Below, piece after piece: positions 56,410 through 64,000 of a DNA stretch of 64,000 nucleotides. Below the pieces are notes generated by a model, which was not told the origin of the DNA, did not search any database, and worked only from the letters and a program-made list of their open reading frames with translations. The position numbers and the translations under genes were made by a program. How positions within the stretch are numbered: the first letter of the stretch is position 1; each line of letters opens with the position of its first letter. This DNA is from Lysobacterales bacterium (lineage in GTDB: Bacteria > Pseudomonadota > Gammaproteobacteria > Xanthomonadales > SZUA-36), in contig JABAAB010000100.1 in the NCBI GenBank assembly GCA_014238945.1, forward strand, positions 13,612-77,611. The letters run 5' to 3'.

Positions 56410-57141
56410 ATGAAAAAAGATCAGGACAGCTTGTTTGCCACAAGCCGCGCAATGGCAACCGGGTTCAAGTTCAATGAGCAGGTCGTGAAAGTATTTCCCG
56501 ACATGATTGCACGCTCGGTACCCGGCTATGAGCTGGTTGTCCCCATGATAGGTATGCTCGCCCGGCTTTATGCAAAGCCAGCAACGCAACTTTATGACCT
56601 GGGCTGTTCACTGGGTGCCGTCAGCCTGGCCATGAGCGTTGCGGTCCGGGCACCGGACACCAAAATTGTCGCTGTGGACAACTCCAGGGCCATGATTGAG
56701 CAGTGCAAGCAGATGCTGTTGGAACAAAAAGGCAGCGTTCCGGTGGATGTTCGTTTGCAAAACATGCTCGATACCAAAATAGAGAATGCTTCGGTGGTGG
56801 TGCTCAATTTTACGTTGCAATTCCTTGACCGGGGACAAAGGCAGCAATTGATCAACACCATATCGGCAGGCTTGTGCGAGGGGGGGGTTCTGATCATCTC
56901 CGAAAAGATCTGCTTTGACGACCAACAGGAGCAGGTGGACCAGTCACGATGGCACCACGATTTTAAACGGACACAAGGGTACTCAGATTTGGAAATTGCG
57001 CGAAAACGAAATGCATTGGAAGACGTATTACAGCCCGATACAGAAGAAAGGCACATTGAACGGCTGCTGCGGGCGGGAATGAGTAACCCCCGACGCTGGT
57101 TTCAGTGCTTTAGTTTTGCCAGCTACATCGCGTTCCGTTAG
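56410..57141 (+). CDS. cmoA: Carboxy-S-adenosyl-L-methionine synthase
   Basis: 243 aa. FNEQVVKVFPDMIARSVPGYE matches the CmoA N-terminal signature, and there is a SAM-MTase fold (YDLGCSLG). Confidence 0.9.
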   Translation: MKKDQDSLFATSRAMATGFKFNEQVVKVFPDMIARSVPGYELVVPMIGMLARLYAKPATQLYDLGCSLGAVSLAMSVAVRAPDTKIVAVDNSRAMIEQCKQMLLEQKGSVPVDVRLQNMLDTKIENASVVVLNFTLQFLDRGQRQQLINTISAGLCEGGVLIISEKICFDDQQEQVDQSRWHHDFKRTQGYSDLEIARKRNALEDVLQPDTEERHIERLLRAGMSNPRRWFQCFSFASYIAFR

Positions 57142-57156
57142 CAGGCAGCGAAACCA

Positions 57157-58107
57157 TTGAATTCCTTGCAGGTTGATCCCTATGCCCTATTGCACACCAC
57201 GGAATTTTCCGGGCTGGCCCGATTGGGTTGGGAGCGTCTGCGGAAAAGCCGCCATGGTGATTTGCCAGGATGGCTTGACCACATAGACCGCCTGCCAGTT
57301 GGAAATTTTAACTGTGATCTCAATCGCGACGCACCGGTCCTGGGTGCTCCGGTGGAGGAGCCCGGGATGCTGGAAAAGCAATTGCTCAAGCTTCAGCCGT
57401 GGAGAAAGGGGCCGCTGCAATTGGGCGGAATAAGCATCGACACCGAATGGCGTTCAGACTTGAAATGGAGACGTATTGCTCCACACCTCGAGTTGGGGGG
57501 GTGTAGTGTTCTGGATATTGGGTGTGGGAATGGGTATTTCGGGTTTCGAATGCTGGGCGCAGGGGCAAAGCTGGTGGTGGGTATTGATCCAACCCTGATT
57601 TTTGTCATGCAGTGGCTGGCGATGCAAAAAATGTGTCCGGGTCTCAAGAATTTTGTTTTGCCGCTCGGAATTGATGACTTGCCAGCCAACACAAAAAAGT
57701 TTGACCGTGTATTTTCCATGGGTGTGCTCTACCACCGTCGTCAACCGGTGGAACACCTGGAGCAATTGAAGTCACTGACGCGGCCCGGCGGGCAAATAGT
57801 GCTGGAAACCCTGGTGCTAAAAGGTGAGGGTGAGAAAATACTGGATCCTCAAGGGCGCTACTGCAGGATGCGCAATGTTCATGCAATTCCCACCCTCGGG
57901 TCATTGTTGCGTTGGTTGGAGCAGGCGGGTTTACCGGATGCCGTAACACTTGATGTAAGCGCGACCACCACCCAGGAACAACGCAGCACCCGTTGGATGA
58001 CATTTGAATCGCTGCAACAATGCCTGGACAGGGAGAATCCCTTTTTTACCGTTGAGGGGCATCCTGCGCCGGTCAGGGCAGCACTATTGATAAAAACCTG
58101 CCCGTGA
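57157..58107 (+). CDS. cmoB: tRNA U34 carboxymethyltransferase
   Basis: 316 aa with a TTG start. PWRKGP, IDTEWRSDLKW, VLDIGCGNGY, FSMGVLYHRR and MRNV motifs, colinear with E. coli CmoB as I recall it. Confidence 0.9.
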   Translation: MNSLQVDPYALLHTTEFSGLARLGWERLRKSRHGDLPGWLDHIDRLPVGNFNCDLNRDAPVLGAPVEEPGMLEKQLLKLQPWRKGPLQLGGISIDTEWRSDLKWRRIAPHLELGGCSVLDIGCGNGYFGFRMLGAGAKLVVGIDPTLIFVMQWLAMQKMCPGLKNFVLPLGIDDLPANTKKFDRVFSMGVLYHRRQPVEHLEQLKSLTRPGGQIVLETLVLKGEGEKILDPQGRYCRMRNVHAIPTLGSLLRWLEQAGLPDAVTLDVSATTTQEQRSTRWMTFESLQQCLDRENPFFTVEGHPAPVRAALLIKTCP

Positions 58108-58294
58108 GTCTGCAACTTATCGTATTTTCTGCGCATATGGGATAGTACAAGACGCGATGGGTGGGTAAACTTGTCTGTCGCAGTGTCTGGCTGTCAGTCA
58201 GGCTTTTGTCCGGTGCGGATGGCCAGCTAAACCATTTTGACAATTAATGGTCAACTAATACCGGGACACTGTTTGCGGAAAACAAGAATTATAA

Positions 58295-58972
58295 ATGATA
58301 CATCTTGAAAAGATTAGCCGTGTTTATCAAATTGGCAACCAGTCCATTCATGCCCTTGACGAGGTCAATCTTGATATCCAGTCAGGTGAATTCGTGGCTG
58401 TCATGGGACGATCAGGGTCGGGTAAATCGACGCTGCTCAACATGCTGGGCTGTATGGATCGACCGGATGGTGGTGAATATCTGCTGGATGATAACCACAT
58501 CAGCAATATGGATGATGACCAACTGTCGGCCGTGCGTAACCGGTACATGGGATTTGTGTTTCAGAGTTTCCACTTGTTGCCGCGGTTGACCACGCTGGAA
58601 AATGTTTTGCTTCCACGCCGGTACCACACAGATGGCGCACAGGAACCAGATTATGATCGCGCCAGGGAGCTGTTAAGTCGGGTTGACCTGGATGATCGCA
58701 TGATGCACAAACCCAACGAACTGTCAGGCGGCCAGAGACAACGTGTCGCGATCGCCCGCGCTTTGATAAACAACCCCAGGGTTCTTTTGGCTGATGAGCC
58801 GACAGGAAACCTGGACAGCAGCACCTCCGATGCCATTATGGACCTTTTGCAGGAACTTAACAGGGATGGCCAGACCATAGTCATGGTCACCCACGAGCCG
58901 GAGATTGCAGATTATGCTCAACGGCAAATCATCATGCGTGATGGAAAAATTATGGATGATCATCATGTTTGA
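58295..58972 (+). CDS. ABC transporter ATP-binding protein (MacB/LolD type)
   Basis: 225 aa. Walker A GRSGSGKST, LSGGQRQR, LLADEPTGNLD and VTHE. First gene of a six-gene overlapping cluster. Confidence 0.9.
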   Translation: MIHLEKISRVYQIGNQSIHALDEVNLDIQSGEFVAVMGRSGSGKSTLLNMLGCMDRPDGGEYLLDDNHISNMDDDQLSAVRNRYMGFVFQSFHLLPRLTTLENVLLPRRYHTDGAQEPDYDRARELLSRVDLDDRMMHKPNELSGGQRQRVAIARALINNPRVLLADEPTGNLDSSTSDAIMDLLQELNRDGQTIVMVTHEPEIADYAQRQIIMRDGKIMDDHHV

Positions 58973-59927
58973 CCGTCACCTCCGGGTAACAATACTGGTG
59001 GCGTGGTCGTTGCTGCCATTGTCCTCATTGGCCCAGGATCGTCCGCTGTTGTTTACCGGGGAAGTGTATTCCCAGCAGGCCCAGGAGATATTTGTGCCCC
59101 TGACAAGCAATTGGCAGGCACGTCTCAGCAGGATGATTCCAGAGGGGACGCAGGTGCAACCCGGTGACCTGGTGGTGGAATTTGATGGGTCGGAGGCGGC
59201 GCGCCAACTGGAGCAGCAAAAGGAAACGCAGCGCACCGAGACAGCAAAAACAGAGCGAGACCTGGCCAAGCTGGAGAAAGAACTGACAGACGCCCGCTAT
59301 AAACTCAGTCAGGCCAGGGTTTCATTGGAGTTGGCAGCCTTGAAAGCAGATCTCCCGGAAGGCCTGGTGGGCGCATTGGAACATTCCGAGAATAAACTGG
59401 CGAAAGAAAAAGCGATCAAGGCGGCTGACGATGCGGGTAAACAACTAACGGACAAGCAGGAAAGCATAACGGAGAGACAGCGACAGGCGGACCTGGATGA
59501 AAAGAAAGCCAGAAACCAAACCAGACTGTGGCAAAAGATGCTTAAGACCCTTACAGTCAACGCAACCCAGCCGGGTTTCATGATCTATGGAAAACACCCG
59601 TGGACCCGGACCAAGTTCCAGGAGGGCGATACCGTTCAGACAAGTTTCAGGGTAGCGCAAATCGCTGATACGTCCGACCTGGCCATCCAGGTGTGGATCA
59701 ATAGTGTTGACCGACCTCGTGTCGATACCGGCACGGCGGTGAATATTATGCTGGATGCGCTACCGGGACTTGAACTCAGCGGCAGGCTTGAATCCATTTC
59801 TGACAGTGGGGCGAAACGCCCAGAGTGGGGTAAAGCGATGTATTTTGAAGGAGTTGTATTATTTGAATCGGCACGGGAAACGGGGCTGCTGCCCGGTATG
59901 AGTGCCCTGGTGGTGCCAAGCTTGTGA
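58965..59927 (+). CDS. HlyD-like periplasmic adaptor paralogue 1 (signal peptide, short form)
   Basis: 320 aa from MFDRHLRV. Signal peptide ...SSLAQD, lipoyl half-motif IPEGTQVQPGDLVVEFD, an E/K/Q-rich coiled coil and a beta-barrel part. There is no membrane-proximal C-domain. It overlaps the ATPase stop by 8 nt. Confidence 0.75.
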   Translation: MFDRHLRVTILVAWSLLPLSSLAQDRPLLFTGEVYSQQAQEIFVPLTSNWQARLSRMIPEGTQVQPGDLVVEFDGSEAARQLEQQKETQRTETAKTERDLAKLEKELTDARYKLSQARVSLELAALKADLPEGLVGALEHSENKLAKEKAIKAADDAGKQLTDKQESITERQRQADLDEKKARNQTRLWQKMLKTLTVNATQPGFMIYGKHPWTRTKFQEGDTVQTSFRVAQIADTSDLAIQVWINSVDRPRVDTGTAVNIMLDALPGLELSGRLESISDSGAKRPEWGKAMYFEGVVLFESARETGLLPGMSALVVPSL

Positions 59928-60961
59928 ACTTCCTGATGCGCCATTCATCCCGGCTTGGAACGACGCTGTTGATTTTCCTGGGGTTACCCTTTTTGGCTGC
60001 CTGCTCGCCCGATGTCGGCAAAGAGACTGAAGTGATCGCCAGTACCCGCGTGGTGGTGCGTGTTACCGGTGAAATAGAATCAGCCAACTCGGCGTTTTTT
60101 GGTCCGCCTGCAGTACCCAACATCTGGCAATACACCATTTCATATATGGCACCCGAAGGCCGACAGGTAAGCGCCGGAACACCCATCCTGAAATTTGATC
60201 CGCAGGAGCTGATGACGCAACTGAGAGACAAGAGCAATGCACTGAACGAAAAACAAAAACAACTGGAAAAACAACAGATAGTCGCAAAAGAAGTTGTTGC
60301 AGAACTTGAATTACAACAACAGGAGGCCACTGCAGAACTGGACAAAGCACGTCTGAAGGCAGATATCCCGATTGAGCTGCTGGCCAGTCGCGAGTACCGC
60401 GAGAACAAGTTGTTGCTGAAGCAGGCCGAGCTATCGGTGGCCCTTAGCAACGAGGGCCTCGAAAAAGAGCGACGGGTTCAGGAAACCGAAATCAACATAC
60501 TGGAACGGGAGATCGCGGTGCTGGAAATCGAGGTGGCACAATTCAGGGGTTCTGTTGATTCCATGACCATCATGGCAGCACGCCCTGGCGTCGTGATTCA
60601 CACCGTTGACCGTCACAATAACAAGCATGAAATTGGAGACAATGTTTGGATGGGGCGCCGCGTGATGGAACTGCCAGACCTGGCACAGCTACAGGTGCAC
60701 CTCGAGGTGCCGGAGCGCGAGTCGGCACGCATAGCAGTAGGTCAGTCAGTTAAATTCGTAATGGATGCCGCACCTGATGAACAATTTTATGGCAGGATCA
60801 TAGAGCTTGCATCTGTGATTCACACCAAGTCCCCCAGCCAGCCGGCGCGGGTATTTGATGCAACCGTCAGCATGAAAAACCCTGACCCCTCCATCATGCG
60901 GCCTGGTATGAGCGTTTCCGCTGAAATCTATATCGGTAAAGAGCCCGCCAAAGGCCCATGA
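59924..60961 (+). CDS. HlyD-like periplasmic adaptor paralogue 2 (lipoprotein, short form)
   Basis: GTGA overlap with the previous stop; an alternative ATG is at 59936. Lipobox FLAAC, MAPEGRQVSAGTPILKFD, a coiled coil and a beta-barrel (PGMSVSAEI). Confidence 0.75.
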   Translation: MNFLMRHSSRLGTTLLIFLGLPFLAACSPDVGKETEVIASTRVVVRVTGEIESANSAFFGPPAVPNIWQYTISYMAPEGRQVSAGTPILKFDPQELMTQLRDKSNALNEKQKQLEKQQIVAKEVVAELELQQQEATAELDKARLKADIPIELLASREYRENKLLLKQAELSVALSNEGLEKERRVQETEINILEREIAVLEIEVAQFRGSVDSMTIMAARPGVVIHTVDRHNNKHEIGDNVWMGRRVMELPDLAQLQVHLEVPERESARIAVGQSVKFVMDAAPDEQFYGRIIELASVIHTKSPSQPARVFDATVSMKNPDPSIMRPGMSVSAEIYIGKEPAKGP

Positions 60962-62166
60962 GGCGTCTGTTCACACGGTTGATCGCTGCAGTTTTCATCG
61001 CGATGGTGCTGGCCAACTGTGGTCAATCCGGGCTGGATAAGGTAGAAACTGTAGCGGTGGGTAACGGTGTTTTTGAAATTACACTGTACGCAAAAGGTGA
61101 ACTGCAAGCGGCAGAATCCACACCCATAAAACCACCCGCAGGTAGCCCCAACCCACGAACGATTGAGTGGATGGTTGAGGATAACAGCTGGGTGAAGAAA
61201 GGTGATTCGGTGGCCCGTTTTGATGCTTCCAGTGCGTTACGTGGAACTGAGGATGTGGGAATTGAACTAAGCAAGGTGGATATCCAGGTGTTGGCCAAAC
61301 AACGTGAGCTGGAACGGCAGTTGGGTGAGCTGGGCAATGAGCTTGAGCTGGTGGACGTGGAAAAACTGATGGCGGAACAATTCACCTTTGACAACGAATT
61401 GGCGTATTCACGACACGAGATTATTGATGCCATGCGGGACAAGGAGTTGCTGGAGTACCGTTCCGGGCACCTGGAAGGCAAAAAGGGCACCTATCGTGAA
61501 CGCGAAGGTGCTGAAGTGGCCGTTTTGAGCGCGGTCAGGGCCACCCAGGAATCAAAGTTTCAGGAACACAAAAGTCAACTGGACAATTCCGAGGTGTTTG
61601 CCCCGCATGACGGTTTCTTTGTATATGAGAAAACCTGGTTCGGTCAGAAAATAGATATAGGGTCTACGGTTTTTCCCGGTAACAAGATCGCCAGTATACC
61701 GAACCTGGACAGAATGGAAGCCGTACTTTACGTATTGGAAACCGAGGCAGTGGGTGTGGTGGAGGGGCAACAGACCCTGGTTACTATCGATTCGTACCCA
61801 GACAAACCGTTGAGCGGGAAGATTTCAAAAATCAGTGCAACCGCTTCGCCCATAGAACGTAACAGCCCGGTCAAGTATTTCAAGGTTACCGTTTCACTTG
61901 AGCTGGCCGATCCGGACTGGATTACGCCGGAAAGTCAGGTTTCGGCGTCCATTGCCATCAGTCGAATTGAGAACGCGATATTCGTACCAAACCAGGCGAT
62001 TTTTTCCGACGCCAGTGGTGACTGGGTGTTTGTGCGTGAAGGTGGTGACCTGGTGCGGAGGGAAATCCAGCTGGGTCTGAGGGGCGCCAACCGCTCTGAA
62101 ATTTTGAATGGCCTTGATGCCGACTCGAAAATAGCACTTTTCCCCCCCGATCAGGACAAGATATGA
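60958..62166 (+). CDS. HlyD-like periplasmic adaptor paralogue 3 (lipoprotein, full-length with membrane-proximal domain)
   Basis: 402 aa with an ATGA overlap. Lipobox VLANC, VEDNSWVKKGDSVARFD, a coiled coil, a beta-barrel and a C-terminal region IFVPNQAIFSDASGDWVFVREGGDLVRREIQLG typical of MFP membrane-proximal domains. Confidence 0.8.
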   Translation: MRRLFTRLIAAVFIAMVLANCGQSGLDKVETVAVGNGVFEITLYAKGELQAAESTPIKPPAGSPNPRTIEWMVEDNSWVKKGDSVARFDASSALRGTEDVGIELSKVDIQVLAKQRELERQLGELGNELELVDVEKLMAEQFTFDNELAYSRHEIIDAMRDKELLEYRSGHLEGKKGTYREREGAEVAVLSAVRATQESKFQEHKSQLDNSEVFAPHDGFFVYEKTWFGQKIDIGSTVFPGNKIASIPNLDRMEAVLYVLETEAVGVVEGQQTLVTIDSYPDKPLSGKISKISATASPIERNSPVKYFKVTVSLELADPDWITPESQVSASIAISRIENAIFVPNQAIFSDASGDWVFVREGGDLVRREIQLGLRGANRSEILNGLDADSKIALFPPDQDKI

Positions 62167-63413
62167 ACATGCTCAAGGGGCTGACCAGGGAAGATCTTTG
62201 GCATGCAGTAGAACAACTGCGACAGCACAAGCTGCGCACAGCCCTGACGTTGCTCGGTATGGTTTTCGGTGTCGGAGCAGTCATTGCAATGCTGAGTATA
62301 GGAGAGGGCGCAAAGCAGGAGGCTCTAAGGCTGATTGAGTCCATGGGGTTACGAAATGTGTTGGTGGAGTCACGGGATTTTGACGAGGAGACCCTGAAAG
62401 AAGTCAGAGAACACAGCGTGGGGCTGTCGCAGGGTGATGTGCGCGCCATCAAGCAGACACTACCCAACGTGGAGGCGGTCAGCGCGGAGAAAAGAATCAA
62501 GACCTGGAACCTGTTCTCTCAGCAGGCACCTTCTGACGCCCAGGTGTTGGCGGTTTCACCGGAATATTTTGAGCTGGCCAGCCTGAGGGTGGCGCAAGGT
62601 CGCGTCATAGACGAAAACGATAATATGTATTACGCACAGGTGGCCGTGCTGGGTGCGCAGGCCGCCAGAAAGATGTTTCCCGCGGGAAACCCACTGGGCG
62701 GGCGGGTAAAAGTAAATCATCTCTGGGTCGTTGTGGTTGGGGTGTTGGAAGATCGGGACCTGGCCAAGGATGAGTTTGAGGGGATCAGTCTGGGCGGTGA
62801 TCGTAACAGCGTGTTCCTGCCGCTGGAAACTGCACTGAAGAGATTGAAGTTTGAGACCCTGGACAGCGAACTGGACGCCATAAGGCTACGACTCAGTAAA
62901 GGCACCGAACCGCAACTGTCCGCGCTAACTGTGAATCATCTTATGATGCGCAGACATGGCGAGGAAAACGATTATGAAATTATCATCCCTGCCGCCCTGC
63001 TCAAACAGCAACAGAAAACCCAGCAAATATTCACCATAGTCATGTCTGCGATTGCCGGAATATCGCTGCTCGTGGGTGGTATTGGCATCATGAACATCAT
63101 GTTGGCGACCGTGCTTGAACGCACCCAGGAAATAGGCTTGTTACGGGCGCTGGGCGCCCGAAAACGCGACATCCAGGTACAGTTTCTGCTTGAATCTGCC
63201 ACCGTGGCCGGATTGGGTGCTTTTATAGGGGTTTTCTTTGGCCTCTTGCTTGCATTTGTCATTCAGCAGTTCGCCGGTTGGCCGGCTGGCTGGTCTATGT
63301 TGTCGATCGTTCTGTCGGTCAGTATTTGCCTGATCACCGGTGTGGTTTTCGGTTGGTATCCGGCACGCCAGGCAGCCGCCCTGGATCCGATCCGGGCTTT
63401 GCACGCTGAATAG
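62163..63413 (+). CDS. ABC transporter permease (MacB/FtsX type, 4 TM with periplasmic domain)
   Basis: 416 aa with an ATGA overlap. TM1 (LTLLGMVFGVGAVIAML), a roughly 230-aa periplasmic domain and an FtsX-like C-terminal three-helix bundle (TQEIGLLRALGARKRDI). Confidence 0.88.
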   Translation: MNMLKGLTREDLWHAVEQLRQHKLRTALTLLGMVFGVGAVIAMLSIGEGAKQEALRLIESMGLRNVLVESRDFDEETLKEVREHSVGLSQGDVRAIKQTLPNVEAVSAEKRIKTWNLFSQQAPSDAQVLAVSPEYFELASLRVAQGRVIDENDNMYYAQVAVLGAQAARKMFPAGNPLGGRVKVNHLWVVVVGVLEDRDLAKDEFEGISLGGDRNSVFLPLETALKRLKFETLDSELDAIRLRLSKGTEPQLSALTVNHLMMRRHGEENDYEIIIPAALLKQQQKTQQIFTIVMSAIAGISLLVGGIGIMNIMLATVLERTQEIGLLRALGARKRDIQVQFLLESATVAGLGAFIGVFFGLLLAFVIQQFAGWPAGWSMLSIVLSVSICLITGVVFGWYPARQAAALDPIRALHAE

Positions 63414-63444
63414 CTTCAAATTTCGACGCCGGGTAGTCGGGCAC

Positions 63445-63774
63445 TCAGGGGGAGTCGGAGCTACGGATACTTCTCTGGAAATCAAATGCTTCCATACATT
63501 CGGGCAGGTCGTAAAATAATGCGGGGCGCTGACCGCTTCTGGCCCCGTAGTTCTCGTGAAACTGTTCACAATCTTCACGGCTGGAGCGCTGTTTCCTGGC
63601 AACACACTCTTCAACAAGCTCCTCCCTCAGAGGTGCGAGTTTCTTTTGTCGCCCAGATTCACAGGCAGTGTCAAGCCGGGATTGTTTTTCCTCCCTGGAT
63701 TCTGCATTTCCCTGTTGCGGATAAAGGCAGACCAGTGTCAACGAGGCGCTGAGTAATAAAAAAACCTTTTTCAT
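63445..63774 (-). CDS. Small secreted hypothetical protein (4 Cys)
   Basis: 109 aa from MKKVFLLLSASLTLVCLYPQQGNA, with AGGA 7 nt upstream. The mature part is charged and has four spaced cysteines. Confidence 0.55.
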   Translation of the reverse strand: MKKVFLLLSASLTLVCLYPQQGNAESREEKQSRLDTACESGRQKKLAPLREELVEECVARKQRSSREDCEQFHENYGARSGQRPALFYDLPECMEAFDFQRSIRSSDSP

Positions 63775-63830
63775 AATCGTGTCCTGAAATGCCAGGGGCA
63801 AGATGCAAAATGCCATACAAAACAGTCTGA

Positions 63831-64000
63831 CTACAACTCGTCCTCAGACATCCATTTCTTAACTTTCGGCGCGCGATAGGGAATAAACTGATCCAAAAGC
63901 GCCGCGGGATTTGAGGCGGTCATCAACATCGGGCGGCAAAGTTCATTCACAAAGCGTTGTTCAAATGCATGGTCCAGGAAATCAATCAGCCCGTCATAGT
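63831..64000 (-). CDS. LOG-family (TIGR00730-type) protein, C-terminal fragment; gene continues beyond the window
   Basis: My own translation, ...YDGLIDFLDHAFEQRFVNELCRPMLMTASNPAALLDQFIPYRAPKVKKWMSEDEL*, matches the characteristic LOG C-terminus pattern (GYYDxLxxFLDHxxxEGF...). Confidence 0.55.
   Translation of the reverse strand, partial: YDGLIDFLDHAFEQRFVNELCRPMLMTASNPAALLDQFIPYRAPKVKKWMSEDEL

Noticed and set aside
59776-60450. 224-aa Ser/Cys/Phe-rich minus-strand ORF across adaptor genes 1 and 2.
   Set aside because: It is the reverse-complement reading of Glu/Lys/Gln/Leu-rich coiled-coil codons, so its composition is an artefact. The plus-strand genes have clear domain structure and coupled starts.

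Overview
The window looks like core chromosome from a gammaproteobacterium-type sulfur-oxidising chemolithotroph, roughly 50-55% GC by eye; the taxon is an inference from gene content. It is densely coding.

Gene content, left to right:
- A MacAB-like ABC/HlyD pair and an anchored GH1 beta-glucosidase.
- Glutamate synthase gltBD.
- A patch of secreted or metallopeptidase genes (M48/YgjP-like, M28+FN3, M20).
- An orphan 604-aa GT-A-like protein and an AraC regulator.
- asnB-thrABC.
- A three-gene 2-oxoacid:acceptor oxidoreductase cluster: korAB plus a GltD-like flavoprotein/ferredoxin fusion.
- A class-V aminotransferase plus gabD.
- A dissimilatory sulfur module: sat <> aprM-aprB-aprA, then a DsrE-family protein and tusA.
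- The canonical origin neighbourhood, mnmE-yidC-rnpA-rpmH <> dnaA-dnaN-recF-gyrB.
- glySQ, a class-I amidotransferase, SPFH/NfeD and cmoAB.
- A six-gene, translationally coupled ABC system with three tandem HlyD-type adaptors.

I saw no rRNA or tRNA genes, CRISPR arrays, transposases, integrases or recognisable defence genes.

Nothing here can be shown from sequence alone to be a new system. The candidates most worth follow-up are:
1. The ABC exporter with three different adaptor paralogues.
2. The orphan protein with an RRE-like N-domain, a GT-A core and an unknown C-domain, which sits behind a leader containing a terminator.
3. The korC-like/korAB cluster.
4. The aprBA-dsrE-tusA linkage.
5. 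The DnaA-box/AT-rich dnaA-dnaN spacer.
6. Several small ORF/terminator units in the larger intergenic regions.

All domain assignments come from motif reading of the supplied translations; no database search was run.
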